DNA of 64,000 nucleotides, taken from the NCBI GenBank assembly GCA_951406725.2, contig OX597828.1, forward strand, positions 58,032,001-58,096,000. Reading direction: 5' to 3'. The position numbers and the translations under genes are program-made. The notes under the pieces were generated by a model. That model was not told where the DNA came from, ran no database searches, and worked only from the letters and a program-made list of their open reading frames with translations. Positions 1 through 13,345 of this stretch are shown here, one piece after another; the stretch's first letter is position 1, and each line of letters begins with the position of its first letter. The stretch comes from Octopus vulgaris. Its lineage: Eukaryota.

Positions 1-827
1 CTCGAAATGTGTGATAACATTCCCCATTTAGAAATCAATACTTAGAAACGTTAATCATACAAATACCTTCAGATAACTCCACACAAATGTTAAGTCGTAG
101 GCGGAATCTTCAGAGATAGCAATTCAACGATAATTTAAACGTCCACCCGAATCGTCGAGTATTTATATTTCTCTTGTCTGACTTTAAGTGCTTTGTTTTC
201 GTTTAGCTCGTTTCGTTGTTAAACTTTTATACTTTAAAGGATTGTTGTTTTCTTTTCTTATGCCTTTGGGCTTTTCTCCGGCTAAAACTAAAATTTCTAT
301 TCATTAAATGTTATTCGCGTACGTCATTTAGTTCATACGCGACTGCTTTATCTCAACATATGCTTTTGGCGTATTTGAGTTATTTCCCTTACTACAATTT
401 TGTTTATTTTCTATTTCTGTTCGTTTGCGTTTTCAAAAATATACAACTGCTTTGCCTTTCAAGTTTCAGTTAAATAACTTAAGAATTGTTGAACGAATCT
501 GCACCAAATTTTCTGGTTCGCAAATGTTTTCGCGTGTTTGTTTATGTCATTGCCGTCTTGTTTACCGTTTCTTTGTTTTGCTTATCTAAGTTTAATTCTG
601 CTGATGTTTAGATAAAATGCTAATAATAATTTCAGTTTTTGCGAGATAATTATGACTTCCATATATGAAGAAATATCAGTGTTTTATATATGTGAGTGTG
701 TGTATATGTATGCATACTTACATACATACATAACGGAAAGTGTAATATATATTCTATGCATGTATATATATATATATATATATATACTTATATATATATA
801 CTTATATAAACACATATGTATATAATT

Positions 828-861
<34 letters not shown>

Positions 862-1411
862 CATGCATATAAATTGAACACATATGTGTATATGTATAAG
901 TGAATATATACATACATGCATATAATATATATTATATTTTCCGCTATATATGTACGTATAGTGATTAGAGCATCGGACTCACAATCATGAGATAGTGAGT
1001 TCGATTCCTGGACCGGGCTCTGTGCTGTGTTCAAGAGCAGGACACTTTATTTCACTCAGTTGTAGAAATGAGTAGCGACGTCACTGGTGCCAAGCTGAAT
1101 CGCCCTTTGCCTTTCCCTTGGGTAACATCGGTGGTGTAGAGAGGGGAGACTGGTATGCATGGGTGACCGCTGCTCTTCCATAAACAACCTTGCCCTGACT
1201 TGTGTTTCGGAGGGTAACATTCTAGGTGCAATCCGATGGTCATTGATGACCGAAGGGGGTCTTTCTTTCTTTCAAGTGTGTATGCGTGTATTCATCTCTA
1301 TGTGTGTTTGTGTGTGCATGAATGTATATTTCGTATTACATCCACATGTCTACATGTTTATGTATACACCCATGTATATGTAAATAAATATATACATATA
1401 TATAACGCATA

Positions 1412-1440
<29 letters not shown>

Positions 1441-1442
<2 letters not shown>

Positions 1443-1720
1443 TGCTTGTTTACACTTTTCGAGATCAGTGACTCAGATATATGTATTCACATCGAAGCCC
1501 GGTGGTTGTCGTGCGCTGATGACGGGTAAATACCCAGCAACCCGGGTCCGTGTGTGTCACGTCAGGTCGACGATGGGAAGGATGGCTTCCCTTTGCAAAT
1601 ACTGATAGGGCACAGAAAGTGTGTCAATAGCCAGCTGGAGAAGATGTTCTCCTGGGGTTACAAGCTACAGTAGCATCCACCCTTAGCGGTTAGCCACATT
1701 TAGATGGCAAATATACTTCA
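1441..1720 (+). mobile_element. Hammerhead-bearing repeat family, copy 1
   Basis: Homologous to 18225-18350 (-), 20000-20340 and 51109-51578; flanked by (TA)n; CTGATGA core at 1516. Confidence 0.7.
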
Positions 1721-1724
1721 CATA

Positions 1725-1768
<44 letters not shown>

Positions 1769-2259
1769 CTCCAGTGCCTAACTAGTACTTATTTAATCAA
1801 CCCCGAAAGAATGAAAGGCAAAGTCGACCTCGGCGGAATTTGAACTCGGAACGTAGCGGCAGACGAAATACCGCTAAGCATTTCGCCCGGCATGCTAGCG
1901 TTTCTGCCAGCTCGCCATCTGCTGCTGATGTTGATGATGATGATGATGATGATGATGATTATGATGATAATGATGATGATGATGATGATGATGATGAAGA
2001 AGAAGAAGATGTAGGTGGTAACTGTCCATGGACCCCGACCCTCAGAAATGAGGACGGGAATAGTCCCTACTTATGGGTAATAAGAACTTTTCGGTTTTGG
2101 TTGACAATCTTTCTAGAGATGTTGTCTCGTTAAAAATTTTAGTTTGTGGTGATTAAGGAAGATTTCCAGGGGCTCGACGTCACTTTGGGGAATGCAGAGG
2201 GGCTGGCAAGGGACCGCCAGCGATGGAGAGCACTGGTGAACCTGGTCGGCTCTACACAC

Positions 2260-2700
2260 GATGGCATATCTGGGACGACTAACCTGGGATAACCCCAGCT
2301 CCATCAAGCAAGAGCATGGAGCGAAGCAAAGTGGTTAACTTTAAAATACAAACCCCAATATCGAGCGAAATGCCCTAGCTCAAACTCAAAGTCAAAGTCA
2401 AGCTCAAAGTCAAAGTCAAGCTCAAACTCAAAGTCAAAGTTAAACTCAAAGTCAAGCTCAAAGTCAAGCTCAAAGTCAAGCAACGGCATATAAAAAGATG
2501 GGACAAGGAGGCGAACAGAACTGTAATTAGATTAGAAGAGGATTCCGAAAACGCATGAAATCAAAATAGGATGAAATAGAATTCTGAAACAAGTGAACAA
2601 CGGTTGGCCAATCTGGCAAGAACAATAACAACAAATGGATGGTTAACAGACATCGAAATTGAAGAAATAAAAGCGAAGGTTGAAAATGATGATGGTATTG
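2260..2700 (+). mobile_element. Dong/R4-type LINE 5' fragment with a (TCAAAG/TCAAGC)n array
   Basis: Manual translation RGFRKRM..ETSEQRLANLARTI..NGWLTDIEIEEIKAKVEN resembles the R4/Dong N-terminus. Hexamer array at 2378-2480. Confidence 0.6.
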
Positions 2701-4804
2701 TACCGACAAAGAGCGCACCTTTTAAGGATTGAGAAATGAATGGTTGCTGTAGGTAAAAATGGTGATAGCGATTATGTATTTGTTGTTTATGTGGGTTTAG
2801 CGTTGTTTGGGGTTTGATGTGAAGTTGTTTGATATTTCTTTTTTTTTGGTCCTTTCGTGGCCCCTTCCTCATCAGCTGAGGTATGAGCGAAAACTTCGTC
2901 TCGAACGGGGACAAGGGCATGTTTTCTTGTGTATGTCCGTGTCTGTGCATGTAGGAAGGAGAATAATAAGGCCATATAGGAGAGAGTACTGGGTTGGGAT
3001 GTCTCCTGTGTAGTGCTTAGCGACATTTCGTCCCTCTTTTACACGAACGTTTTTGGCCTTAAGCCAGAATTTGAAAGCATTATTTTCCACCACCTTAAGT
3101 CGTCAAGTTGGCAGAATCGTCAGCCGCCGAACAAACAGCTTAACAGTTTTTCGTCTGTCCTCATGTTCTGAGTTCAAATTCCGCGGAGTTTGACTTTGCC
3201 TTTCATCCTTTCGGGGTCAATGAAATAAATATCTATCAAATACTGGAATTGATGTATTCGACTTCCTTCTCCCTTCAAAAACTGCTGGCCCTGTGCCAAA
3301 ATTTGAAACCGTTATTTTCCACTAACTCGAAGAAATGCCGGGACTGAGACTCGTTTCTGTAAATTAGATGAAAGTGATTCTACAAACTAAATGCGAGAAC
3401 AAACGAAAGAAATCTTCAAAGTATTCTTTTTGACAGACTGACAACTGTTGACGATTTTAGCTGCTCAAAAATTTATGATTGTAAATACTTGCAGAAAAGC
3501 CTGACAAGTTACCAGCTTAGAGAAATCATAATGTAAGCACAAAAGACATCTTGAAACTGTAATGGTTATTCGATCCACTACTATGTTCGCTTTTACCTGC
3601 TGTGTGACGGGTAGGTCCATCTGGCGTTAACTAATCCTCTCAAATCAATTAACTAGATCCAAATTTGAATTTGGATTTAATTAATTTGGATGCAGTTAAT
3701 CTCTAAGACGAGAGTGAAGTCTTATAGTTAGACTTGTAATTGAATTTGAATAGCAAGCAAAATTTGCCGGAAACTTCTAAAGTGTTGATATTCATAGAAT
3801 TGATGACAAATCAAATTTTATATCTTAACACAATGTATAGAATCGAATCATACCAGAATATCTTTGAAAATGAATAAAACAAAACAAAAAAAAAGTTTAT
3901 TATATTATTCCACATTTTCCGAGAATTAAAAGAATAGTTGGTATCTGAAAATTGCAACATGCGTAAAACTATACTGTAAATACAGCAAAATTGAAAATCA
4001 TATTATAAACCAGCTATGCTTTAAATAAATAAATAAATAAATAAATAACAATGCTTTATACTTTAAACCAAATTAGAAAATCAGATTCCAAAAGAGTCAT
4101 AAAATCGATTCGCTCAGCTACACATGAAAATCAAAAATATAAAGCAGTGACAATCCAGAAAAAGACATGACAATCAAATCATCAAAACAATGAAATAATG
4201 ATGTAGTTTGTATCGATTTCTTTAGTTTATTGATAGGAGAAAACGCATGATAATGCTCACAAAGAGAAAGTATAAATTATTAAATAAAAATAAAAGTAAA
4301 ACAGGTTTAAGACAACGAAATCTGATACAATTTTGATAAAATTACCTGCGTTCGGATTTAGGGTTCTTTTTTTTTTCTGCATTGAATGTTATCAACATGA
4401 GGGGTTTTTTTTTATTTTTAATATATTGATCAGATTAGTGCAGTGGAATGTTAAACAGGCTCGGGTCACGGATTAAATGCCTTCTAACATTTAATGACTT
4501 CCTTTCGAGGTTGACATCCCGAGTACTGACGTCATTTTCATCGACCATGCCCTTCCTTACAATCTGTTACCGACCGATATGATTAGTAATCAATATATTA
4601 ATCAGATGAGGATGATAGAATCGAAGCCAGTGTTTCTTTTTTCTGTATCTTCTCTTCAAACGTTCCCATTTGGCAAAATTGAAAGAGTGCCAAAAATACT
4701 TTCCTATCTTTAATTACGATCTTCATTGTTATGAGGAAGTTAAATTCATGAAGACATTGAAATACTTTTTCCATTTTTTCATCCGTCTGGCATTTAAATA
4801 TGAA

Positions 4805-5131
4805 TGTATGTATGTATGTGATCACGTGATCACGTGACCGACCAATCTATCAGATGTTGCTACACATCGCTGGACACAATGCGCTTCGCATTGTTTTAGC
4901 CTTCAAATGACGCCACCCCTCTGGCTAAGCAAGCAGGCCAACCGAAGAAAGAGTGAGAGGAAGTTGCGGCGAAAGAGTACAGCAGGGATCGCCACCACCC
5001 CCTACCGGAGCCTTGTGGAGCTTTAGATATTTTCGCTCAATAAACACACACAACGTCCGGTCTGGGAATCGAAACCGCGATCCTACGACCGCGAGTCCGC
5101 TGCCCTAACCACTGGGCCATTGCGCCTCCAC
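4805..5131 (-). mobile_element. tRNA-derived SINE (same head, different tail)
   Basis: Head matches 12760-12950; distinct 3' part ending in (CATA)n. Confidence 0.85.
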
Positions 5132-5374
5132 ATGTGTGTATGTATGTATTTATATATGTATGTATGTGTTTATTTATGTATGTATGTACATGCGTATGCA
5201 TGACGTGGTTGTCGAAATTCGGCAGGGATGCGTATTGTCACCTCTCCTTTTCATATTTATTATTAACTAGATTGACATGCGCAACTGTAGTGGAAGCCGT
5301 GTCAAAATCAATGGGTGATTTTGATTGATTTTGATTAATTTTGATTGATCATGAATGTTGAGTAATATTCGAAA

Positions 5375-5711
5375 GAAGGCGCGTGGCTCAGTGGTTAGAG
5401 CGTCGAGCTTACGATCGTGAGGTTGTGAGCTCGAATCCCGGACCGGGCTGCGTGTTGTGTTCTTGAGCAAGACGCTTTATTTCACGTTGCTCTATTTCGC
5501 TCAGCTGGCAAAAATGAGTTGCGACATCACGGGTGCCAAGCTGTATCGGCCCCTTTGCCTTTCCCTTGGATAACACTGGTGGCGTGAAGAGGGGAGGCTG
5601 GTATGCATGGGCGACTGCTGGTCTTCCATAAAACAACCTTGCCCAGACTTGTGCCTCAGAGAGTAACTCTCTAGGTGCAAGCCCATGGTCAGTATCTGAC
5701 CGAAGGGGGTA
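5375..5711 (+). mobile_element. CORE-like tRNA SINE (other copies 955-1262 +, 49300-49645 -, variant tail 20535-20858 +)
   Basis: A and B boxes, CORE-like TGTGTTCTTGAGCAAGAC, multiple homologous copies. Confidence 0.85.
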
Positions 5712-5734
5712 AGAACAACAACAAAATCACAACA

Positions 5735-6157
5735 TTCGAAAGAATACGAGCGCGAAAGCCAGCAGCCGAAATGGTATGCCCAGGAGGATTTCTGGAGTAA
5801 CATCACTCGACAGGGTGCGTAGCTCGGAGACAAGCTAGTCTCTTTGTGTCCGGATGCTTCTTATTCATACTGAGAGGTCACAGATCCAGTATGATGAACA
5901 TATGATTAGAGTGTCGCAGGTAAGAAACGCAACACGTATTCTCCGAGCTGAGCCAACCGGTAGAAGACTTAGGGGTGGACCCAAAATGAGGTGAGAGGAT
6001 AATATTCATAGATTAAGTTGGGAATTCAACGCTTGGGAATTCAACCGGAAAGTGTAATGACGGTTGCTTTGCTTATGATAGGACCCTATGGAGGCAGTAC
6101 CAGAAGATCTACTCCCACAGCCCTTCCAAGAATAATGGGCGCAGGAAGTGGATGGAT

Positions 6158-6160
<3 letters not shown>
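5735..6160 (+). mobile_element. RTE-clade LINE 3' remnant
   Basis: Degenerate AAEM..RRISGVTSLDRVRS..LIH.ERSQ..PTGRR.RG.PK.R motifs and a (GGAT)n tail. Confidence 0.75.
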
Positions 6161-6199
<39 letters not shown>

Positions 6200-6263
6200 T
6201 TATATGCGTATGTATGTATATATGTATGTATATATATATGTAGGTATGGATGTTATGTATGTA

Positions 6264-6495
6264 TAGGCGCAGATGCGACTGTGTGGCGATAAGTTTGTTT
6301 CCCAAACATGGTTTTGTGTTCGTCCCATTGCTGGCGTCTTGGGAAAGTGTCTTCACAATGGCCACGATCCGACCAAAATCTTCTCAGCATTGGTAGACGG
6401 AAACTGGAAGAATGTGTGTATGTGTGTGTATGTATGTGTGTATGTGTGTGAGTGTGTGTGTGTGTGTGTGAGAGAGTGTGAGTGTGTGTGTGTGT

Positions 6496-6566
<71 letters not shown>

Positions 6567-6782
6567 GGCGCGCGTGTCTCTGTGTGTATGTTTTTCTGCT
6601 TGACAACCGGTGTTGGTTTGTTTACGTGCCCGTAAATTTGCGGTTCGGCAAAAGAACCGGTAGTATAAGAACCAGGCTTTAAAAAACTATGTGCCGGGGA
6701 TCGATTCGTTCGACTAAAATATTTCGAGGGAGTGCCCCAGCGTGGCCGCAGTCTAATGACTGAAACAAGTAGAAGAAAAGAT
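6264..6782 (+). mobile_element. SINE family with an internal (TG/TA)n tract (other copies 28090-29160 -, 43100-43583 -, 56605-57050 +, 40744-40980 +, 18480-18690 +)
   Basis: Shared head ..GGATTTGGTAGACGGAAACTG and tail ..CAGCATGGCCGCAGTCTAATGACTGAAACAAG. Confidence 0.82.
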
Positions 6783-7110
6783 ATACATATATAAACTTAT
6801 ACACCCGCGCGCACGCACACACACATGTATACATATGTGTGTGTGCGCATGTATGCATGCATTTGTATATATATATATAGTCTGACGAAACCGCGGTATG
6901 ATTTAATCTCTTTAATAATCTCATAATAATGACTTTTATGAGGTTTATTACTTTTATTCCTACCTCAATTCATCTAATTGTATATATCTATCGTTATCTT
7001 TCATAAAAAGCCTTTTCTTTTTTATTTACAATGTGCATTTTCGTTGATTTTTCTTACTTTCCCCTTACATTTCCACGCGTAATTTCTATCTTCTTTTTGT
7101 AACATATTTC

Positions 7111-7170
<60 letters not shown>

Positions 7171-7859
7171 CATTACATTAGAAGATGCTTCTCAATGGAA
7201 TCTAACCTTGAACTACGTCGAGATAAAATCCTTCTTTACTTCGGAACCATCTCTGCAACTGTGTTTATTGTGGGGTGAAGTGGGAGTGAGTGTTTGTTTC
7301 GGTTTGTGTGTGAGAGAACGGGTGGGTGTGCTTGTGTAGGATGGGTGTACAAGGCACCACGCGTGAGATGCGAAATCTCCATTAAATGCATTAACTTTTT
7401 AAAGAATTTCAAACGCCATTATATTTAGTCTTTGTAAACGGCCAACAACCTTTAATGAAGCTTTGTGTGAGCAGCGTAAGAGTTGACGTCATGCCGTTTG
7501 CTATGAGCAGCACAGCCGGATAGAATCCATTGTAGCTATCTACGATTGGAAAACGTCGGAAACAGAAGTCAATGAACGAATTTCGCCTACCTGACCGAGT
7601 ATGCTTAAGTCTTGGCACCACACAATGGTATTATAACGAAAATTATTCAACAGCAATAGTATCACTGGTTATATATGGGATTCTGACAAAGTTAAATGAA
7701 ACGATGCTATCAGGCTCTTTTTCTTAACTTATATTGCAATTCTAAAGGGCAAAAATTATGTATTATATGGAACTGTGTAGATATGTCTAACATCCATTAT
7801 CCGGATAATGCATTGGAGAAAATTTCCTCGTTCGATGAACTCCGAATACCCTGTTAATA

Positions 7860-8210
7860 TAGGTGGGTTTTTGCCAACCCTCACCTATGGTCATGAATGC
7901 TGGACTGTGATTGTTTATCTTCGAAAACCCAGTATTATTTCCGATTTGTACCCCATTGTGAGGGTAGACAGAAAAGAAATCATACTCGTATTGCAGAGCA
8001 GAAATACTTACTCTCACAAGTGTGGGCTCTCTGTTCAGAGAAGAGGGAGAAGAGGAGAAAATCAGACAGTGGACAACGGCAAAGTCATTAACGGAAATCG
8101 CTGATACTAATGCACCATCGGTCACAACTTCGAGGACAGCAAAAACAAATTAGCCCTGAGTAGCAAGAACAACTACAGAAAGCATAGAGTAGCCGAAGAA
8201 TCTCTTCTCC
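7860..8210 (+). mobile_element. Small LINE/Penelope coding remnants
   Basis: PTLTYGHECWT (RTE-like) near 7875; GHNFEDSK..NNYRKHRVAE (weakly like a Penelope GIY-YIG tail) near 8120. Confidence 0.4.
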
Positions 8211-8878
8211 CTGCACAAAGCAGGCCAGAGTCCATGACCAGAAGTTTCATTTCATCGTTACAAGATGCTGAACAGGAATTGCTGACTAGAAATGCGTGGA
8301 AAATTATCGAACACAATAAAAAAATAAGTTGCATAAAGGAAGAACGACCCCAGACCAGCTACAAGTAAAACGCACGAAGAGAAACCAACTTCCATAGAAT
8401 GGATGCTTTCTCTTTGTGTTCAGCTTTAAGACATTCAAGGAAATGTCAATTTCCTCGACTGGTAGAAAATGGGTTAGTTAATATACTTATTAAGGGCCAG
8501 TTGTGTAGGGTAGGCAACAAGTGGTTCTAGATGATGGAATTTTACTGAAAATCTCTGATAAAGGTCCCAAATGATATAAATGGGAGCAAAGGTACTCACG
8601 GACACTTTCAGAAGCACCAGTTTCTGTTATCAGAAGCGGGAGGTTGACACAGTACAGGGCACCCCGATATAAACTAAATGGCGATTTCCTATTCATGTGT
8701 GAAAATGTTGCCCTTATTTTTATTTATCTATTTTGTGTAACTTGTGTAATTGTTTGTTTTATTATTATTTTTAATGCCTTAATACATTGTTTTTACCCAA
8801 CATTATATATATACGCAAAAAAATAACACAAGCACACATATATATTTATTAACACATACACATATACTCATATATATA

Positions 8879-9111
8879 CAATAATCCTTCGCCATATCGC
8901 GGTTCATCTATCTCGGTTCACTTATCACGTTTTATTATTTAAGCTTACGTCGATTCCTCCGTGATATTATTTTGCATTTATAATAAAATAAATATATACA
9001 AATTATAAAAATAATTTTAAAATATATACAGTACTGTTTCTACTTCACGGATTTTCACCTATCGCGGTGGGGTTTTGGAACGTAACACACGCGATAGTCG
9101 AGGGAATACTG
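8879..9111. mobile_element. Tigger/pogo-like MITE
   Basis: Imperfect TIRs CAATAATCCTTCGCCATATCGCG and CGCGATAGTCGAGGGAATACTG, flanked by TA. Confidence 0.7.
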
Positions 9112-9123
9112 TATTATATATAT

Positions 9124-9184
<61 letters not shown>

Positions 9185-9260
9185 TATATATAGATATATA
9201 CACATACACACATATATATATATATATATATATATGTTTATATATATATATATATATGTT

Positions 9261-9351
<91 letters not shown>

Positions 9352-9357
<6 letters not shown>

Positions 9358-9747
9358 GAAAGAATGGAGTCGAACGACGATTTTAACAAAAGATTTTTAC
9401 TGTGGACATCATGTGAGCAGCTATCTAAAAGTTTTTGCTCTTCATGGTGCTGACATACGTTCCTTGTCTTTCCTGATGAGATGGCGGCATAATGCACCCT
9501 TTATTCCTTCGGAATTAGGAATATGCAGCCTTCGAAACATGTGTTGAGAGTAAAGGAATTTTGTTAAAATCGTCGTTCGACTCCATTCTTTCATTTATTC
9601 ATAGTTAAAAAAAACACACAAATTTACACACGAGAACACGGGATTCCTGCCCTTGGCATATAGCTTCAACCGTGTTTATGACGTGAATTTGCTACCCAGG
9701 TATCGGTTAACCGAATTATCCATACTAGGATAATTCATTCACCTTCT

Positions 9748-9750
<3 letters not shown>
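9352..9750 (+). mobile_element. Penelope pLTR-like element in (TA)n with a 40-bp inverted repeat
   Basis: Perfect IR 9352-9391 / 9559-9598, hammerhead motif, (TA)n flanks. Confidence 0.65.
9468..9550 (+). ncRNA. Type I hammerhead ribozyme motif with extended stem II
   Basis: ctttc-CTGATGA-[GAtGGCgGCATA...TATGCaGCCtTC]-GAAA-CATGTG-TT-gagag. Confidence 0.7.
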
Positions 9751-9801
<51 letters not shown>

Positions 9802-9803
9802 GC

Positions 9804-9846
<43 letters not shown>

Positions 9847-9877
9847 CATGCATATATATATATATATATATATACAT

Positions 9878-11160
9878 ATATAATATTAATTAGAGACAAA
9901 ACTACTATTTTGTAAAACAAACAAGGAAAGACTTAATCAATACATAAAATTTTAATAAAAAGTAAAAAAACCGCCACTACAATTGTTTCATGTCCTCAAT
10001 GACAATCTTCAGGTGGATTTCCGATCTAAAATATCAATGCATTAAAATATAATTTTAAAATAATTTTAAAATAATAAAAAAATATAAATATATAATCTAT
10101 ATATAACCTATATATAGTCCATATATAATCAATATATAATCTAAAATCAACCCTATCAACAATTAAATATAAAACAAAAAGATAAATAAACTATATATAC
10201 ACACATACGCATACACTTATAACTAAGTATATATAACCATATCTAAACACATACACTAACTCACACACCTATATATATATCCCTATACATACACATAAAA
10301 ACGTCTAGGCAACGATAAATAAATAAAATAGCCAAATACTTCAACACATTACTTATTCATACTCCCTCACACACACATACAACCCACATACATAAACAAT
10401 ATACATATACCCGCTCACACATACATATACATACATACAGAACTCGATATATACACCAATATATTCACACCCACATCTATACAGATAAATAAATTACGCA
10501 AACAATCACACACACACACACCCACATTCACACATACATAAACACTCAAAAGAAAAATAAACAATTCTTTACACGTGGTGATCGAACGTATTTTTAAAAA
10601 TTATGAATGGAATAATATATAATCAACGTAAATATACAAAATTTACTCCAAATCATTAATAAACCATCATGATAAAAAAAAACCATATATACATATAATG
10701 ATAAAACTCCCTTTAACCATACACAATTATACCTATATAGCAATCACCATATATACATTCACACACAAATACATATACGTAAAACACACACAACATATAC
10801 GTATACCCCCTCACATATACATATACATACGTACTAAACTCGACATATACAACAATATGTTCACATCCACACTCATACAGATAAATAAATTACACAGCCA
10901 AAATACGCACACACACACACATTCACACATACATAAACACTCAAAAGAAAAACAACATTATTACACATAATACGATATAGAAAATACTCCATAATTAACC
11001 AGAATATTTTATGTATTGATTAAGTTTTTCCTTGTTTGTTTTACAAAATAGTGGTTTTGTCTCTAATTAATATTATATAATATTTTACTATAAAATTGGA
11101 TTTAATCCTAAATATGATTTTTTCCCTGTAAATTTGGATTTATTCCCTAATATTTATTAT
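9878..11160. mobile_element. Penelope pLTR-like element in (TA)n with an inverted repeat of about 70 bp
   Basis: IR about 9878-9950 / 11007-11078, hammerhead motif, internal direct duplication about 10380-10570 / 10790-10970. Confidence 0.65.
9974..10016 (-). ncRNA. Minimal type I hammerhead ribozyme motif
   Basis: CCAC-CTGAAGA-tTGTC-attgag-GACAt-GAAA-CAATTG-TA-GTGG, with palindromic stem III ACAATTGT. Confidence 0.8.
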
Positions 11161-11479
11161 TATATATATACATATATATATACATATATATATACATGCA
11201 TATATATATGTACACACATATGCATTTATATATGCACGTATATATTTGAGTGGTTACTCAAAATTCATTCCCACTGCGTTATGCGAAAGTACAATTATAT
11301 GCGTGTAGGCGTGAGCGAGCGATGCTAGATGTATCAAAACAATTGTCGTGATTAATAAATTCTCGTATATTCCATCTTCCGTCTTCCATTTGCCATATAC
11401 ATAACGATGACGGTGAAAGCGACCATACTTTACCAGTAAGCTACCAGGTGTAAACCATTCGTTCTGTTATCCATTATAT

Positions 11480-11807
11480 ATATAACGATAAACGTCGCCC
11501 TTTTCAAGCCTAGCCAGGCCCATGGGCCCGGTTTCTCGGTTCCTGTGGTGTATGTGTTCTCCCCCCCCCCCCCAGCTGGACGGGACGCCAGTCCATCGCA
11601 GCGTTACTCAAGAAACATGAGGAGAGAACGAGAGAAAGTTGTGGCGAAAGAGTACAACAGGGGTCGCCACAACCCCCTGTCGGAGCCTCGTGAAGCTTTT
11701 AGGTGTTTTCGCTCAATAAACACACACAACGCCCGGTGTGGGAATCGAAACCGCGATCCTCCGACCGCGAGTCCGCTGCCCTAACCACTGGGCTATTGCG
11801 CCTCCAC
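11480..11807 (-). mobile_element. tRNA-derived SINE (same head, V-domain-like tail)
   Basis: Head matches 12760-12950; contains GCGATGGACTGGCGTCCCGTCCAG. Confidence 0.85.
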
Positions 11808-11831
11808 TATATATATATTCATGTGTGTTTT

Positions 11832-11866
<35 letters not shown>

Positions 11867-12759
11867 ATGCATGTATGAGCGTCTTATGTATTTGTATGTA
11901 TATATGTATAACTCGTCACTTGCTCGAAAGCTTTTTAATAACACGTTTCGTACGAATGGACAATGCAAGAGCCCTTGAGGCAAATGAACTAAAAACATAT
12001 TATCACGGCAATGTATTTTTCTCTCTCTCGTGTGGGAATAACAGTTAGTTATTAAAAGTAGACATTTGATAATTATTTTCTCTACCGTTCTAAGATCTTT
12101 CAGTTTTCAAAAGATTTTACTTCTGAAAGTATTTTTCCCAGACATTCTTCCTTTCATCTTCTGGTGTTATGTTTTTTTTTCCTTCTTTTCTTCATTATTT
12201 ACTTGTCTTTGTTGTTATTGCTTTTGTTTTGTCGTTGCCGTATTCGTCTTTTTATTTGTCTTTGATCAATTTACCATTTATTTATTTTCTATCTTCTTAA
12301 CAAAAATTATTTGAAAATTATAACAGAAATCTTATAAGAACGTGCAAATATCTATTTACATTTGTCTTTTTGTGGTGTTTTTGGCATATTTTGCTGTCTC
12401 TTTTTACTGCTATGCTTTAATTTGTTTTTTGTTGTTGTTTTTTTTTTCATTGTATTAAATTGGTAAACGAATTCCATACCAAATGAGAATAATTTTGAAG
12501 TACTTATCCAATCTGTTATTATTTATCTTCGGCACACATTGGCACCGTGTTTCCTTTCTCTGTTTCAAATATGTTTCGAGGCGAATTAGTAAAGAATCTT
12601 CAATGCAGTCGCTCGTCTTGAACAGATAGCAATCAAGTATTCCTCAGATCGCGCTTTAATACCTTAAAAGGGGCGATAACATTGAACATCTTTGGTCATA
12701 GAACTGTCGGTCAATGATTACCTGAAGCTCAGCAACAACAACAACAACAGCAACAGCAA

Positions 12760-13283
12760 GTGGAGGCGCAATGGCCCAGTGGTTAGGGCAGCGGACTCGC
12801 GGTCGTAAGAACGCGGTTTCGATTCCCAGACCGGGCATTGTGTGTGTTTATTGAGCAAAAACACCTAAGCTCCACGATGCTCCGGCGGGGTGGGGTGATG
12901 GTGAACCCTGCTATACTCTTTCACCACAACTTTCTCTCACTCTTTCTTCCTACTTCTGCCACAAAGCAGAGGAACCATGGTGTAACTCACTATGGTGTGG
13001 TCAACTTTCAGACCCTAGTCTAGATTGCGAATCCTCTGTACCCCAGGATGGTTCAGCTCTCCACCCGTTAAAAGCCACCGTTTACGGAATCAGGATAACA
13101 ACGTAGCTTTCGCGTCCGTGCAACCGCCAGTCTATCGCGTGTGATGGGTGGATCTTCAAGTTGCCACACGCACTCTTAGTAGCTTAGAGTAGGCTCGAAT
13201 TAGAGATTATTCTTTGTGGCTGATGGCGTGAGTCCTGATCCTGATTGGAAGAAGAAGAAGAAGAAGAAGAAGAAGAAGAAGAA

Positions 13284-13340
<57 letters not shown>

Positions 13341-13345
13341 AGAAC
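12760..13345 (+). mobile_element. tRNA-derived SINE with a (GAA)n tail
   Basis: A-box TGGCCCAGTGG and B-box-like GGTTTCGATTCCC; second copy at 15612-16206. Confidence 0.88.

Noticed and set aside
12760-12835. tRNA gene
   Set aside because: A and B boxes are present but the cloverleaf is degenerate and continues into a SINE body found in several copies.
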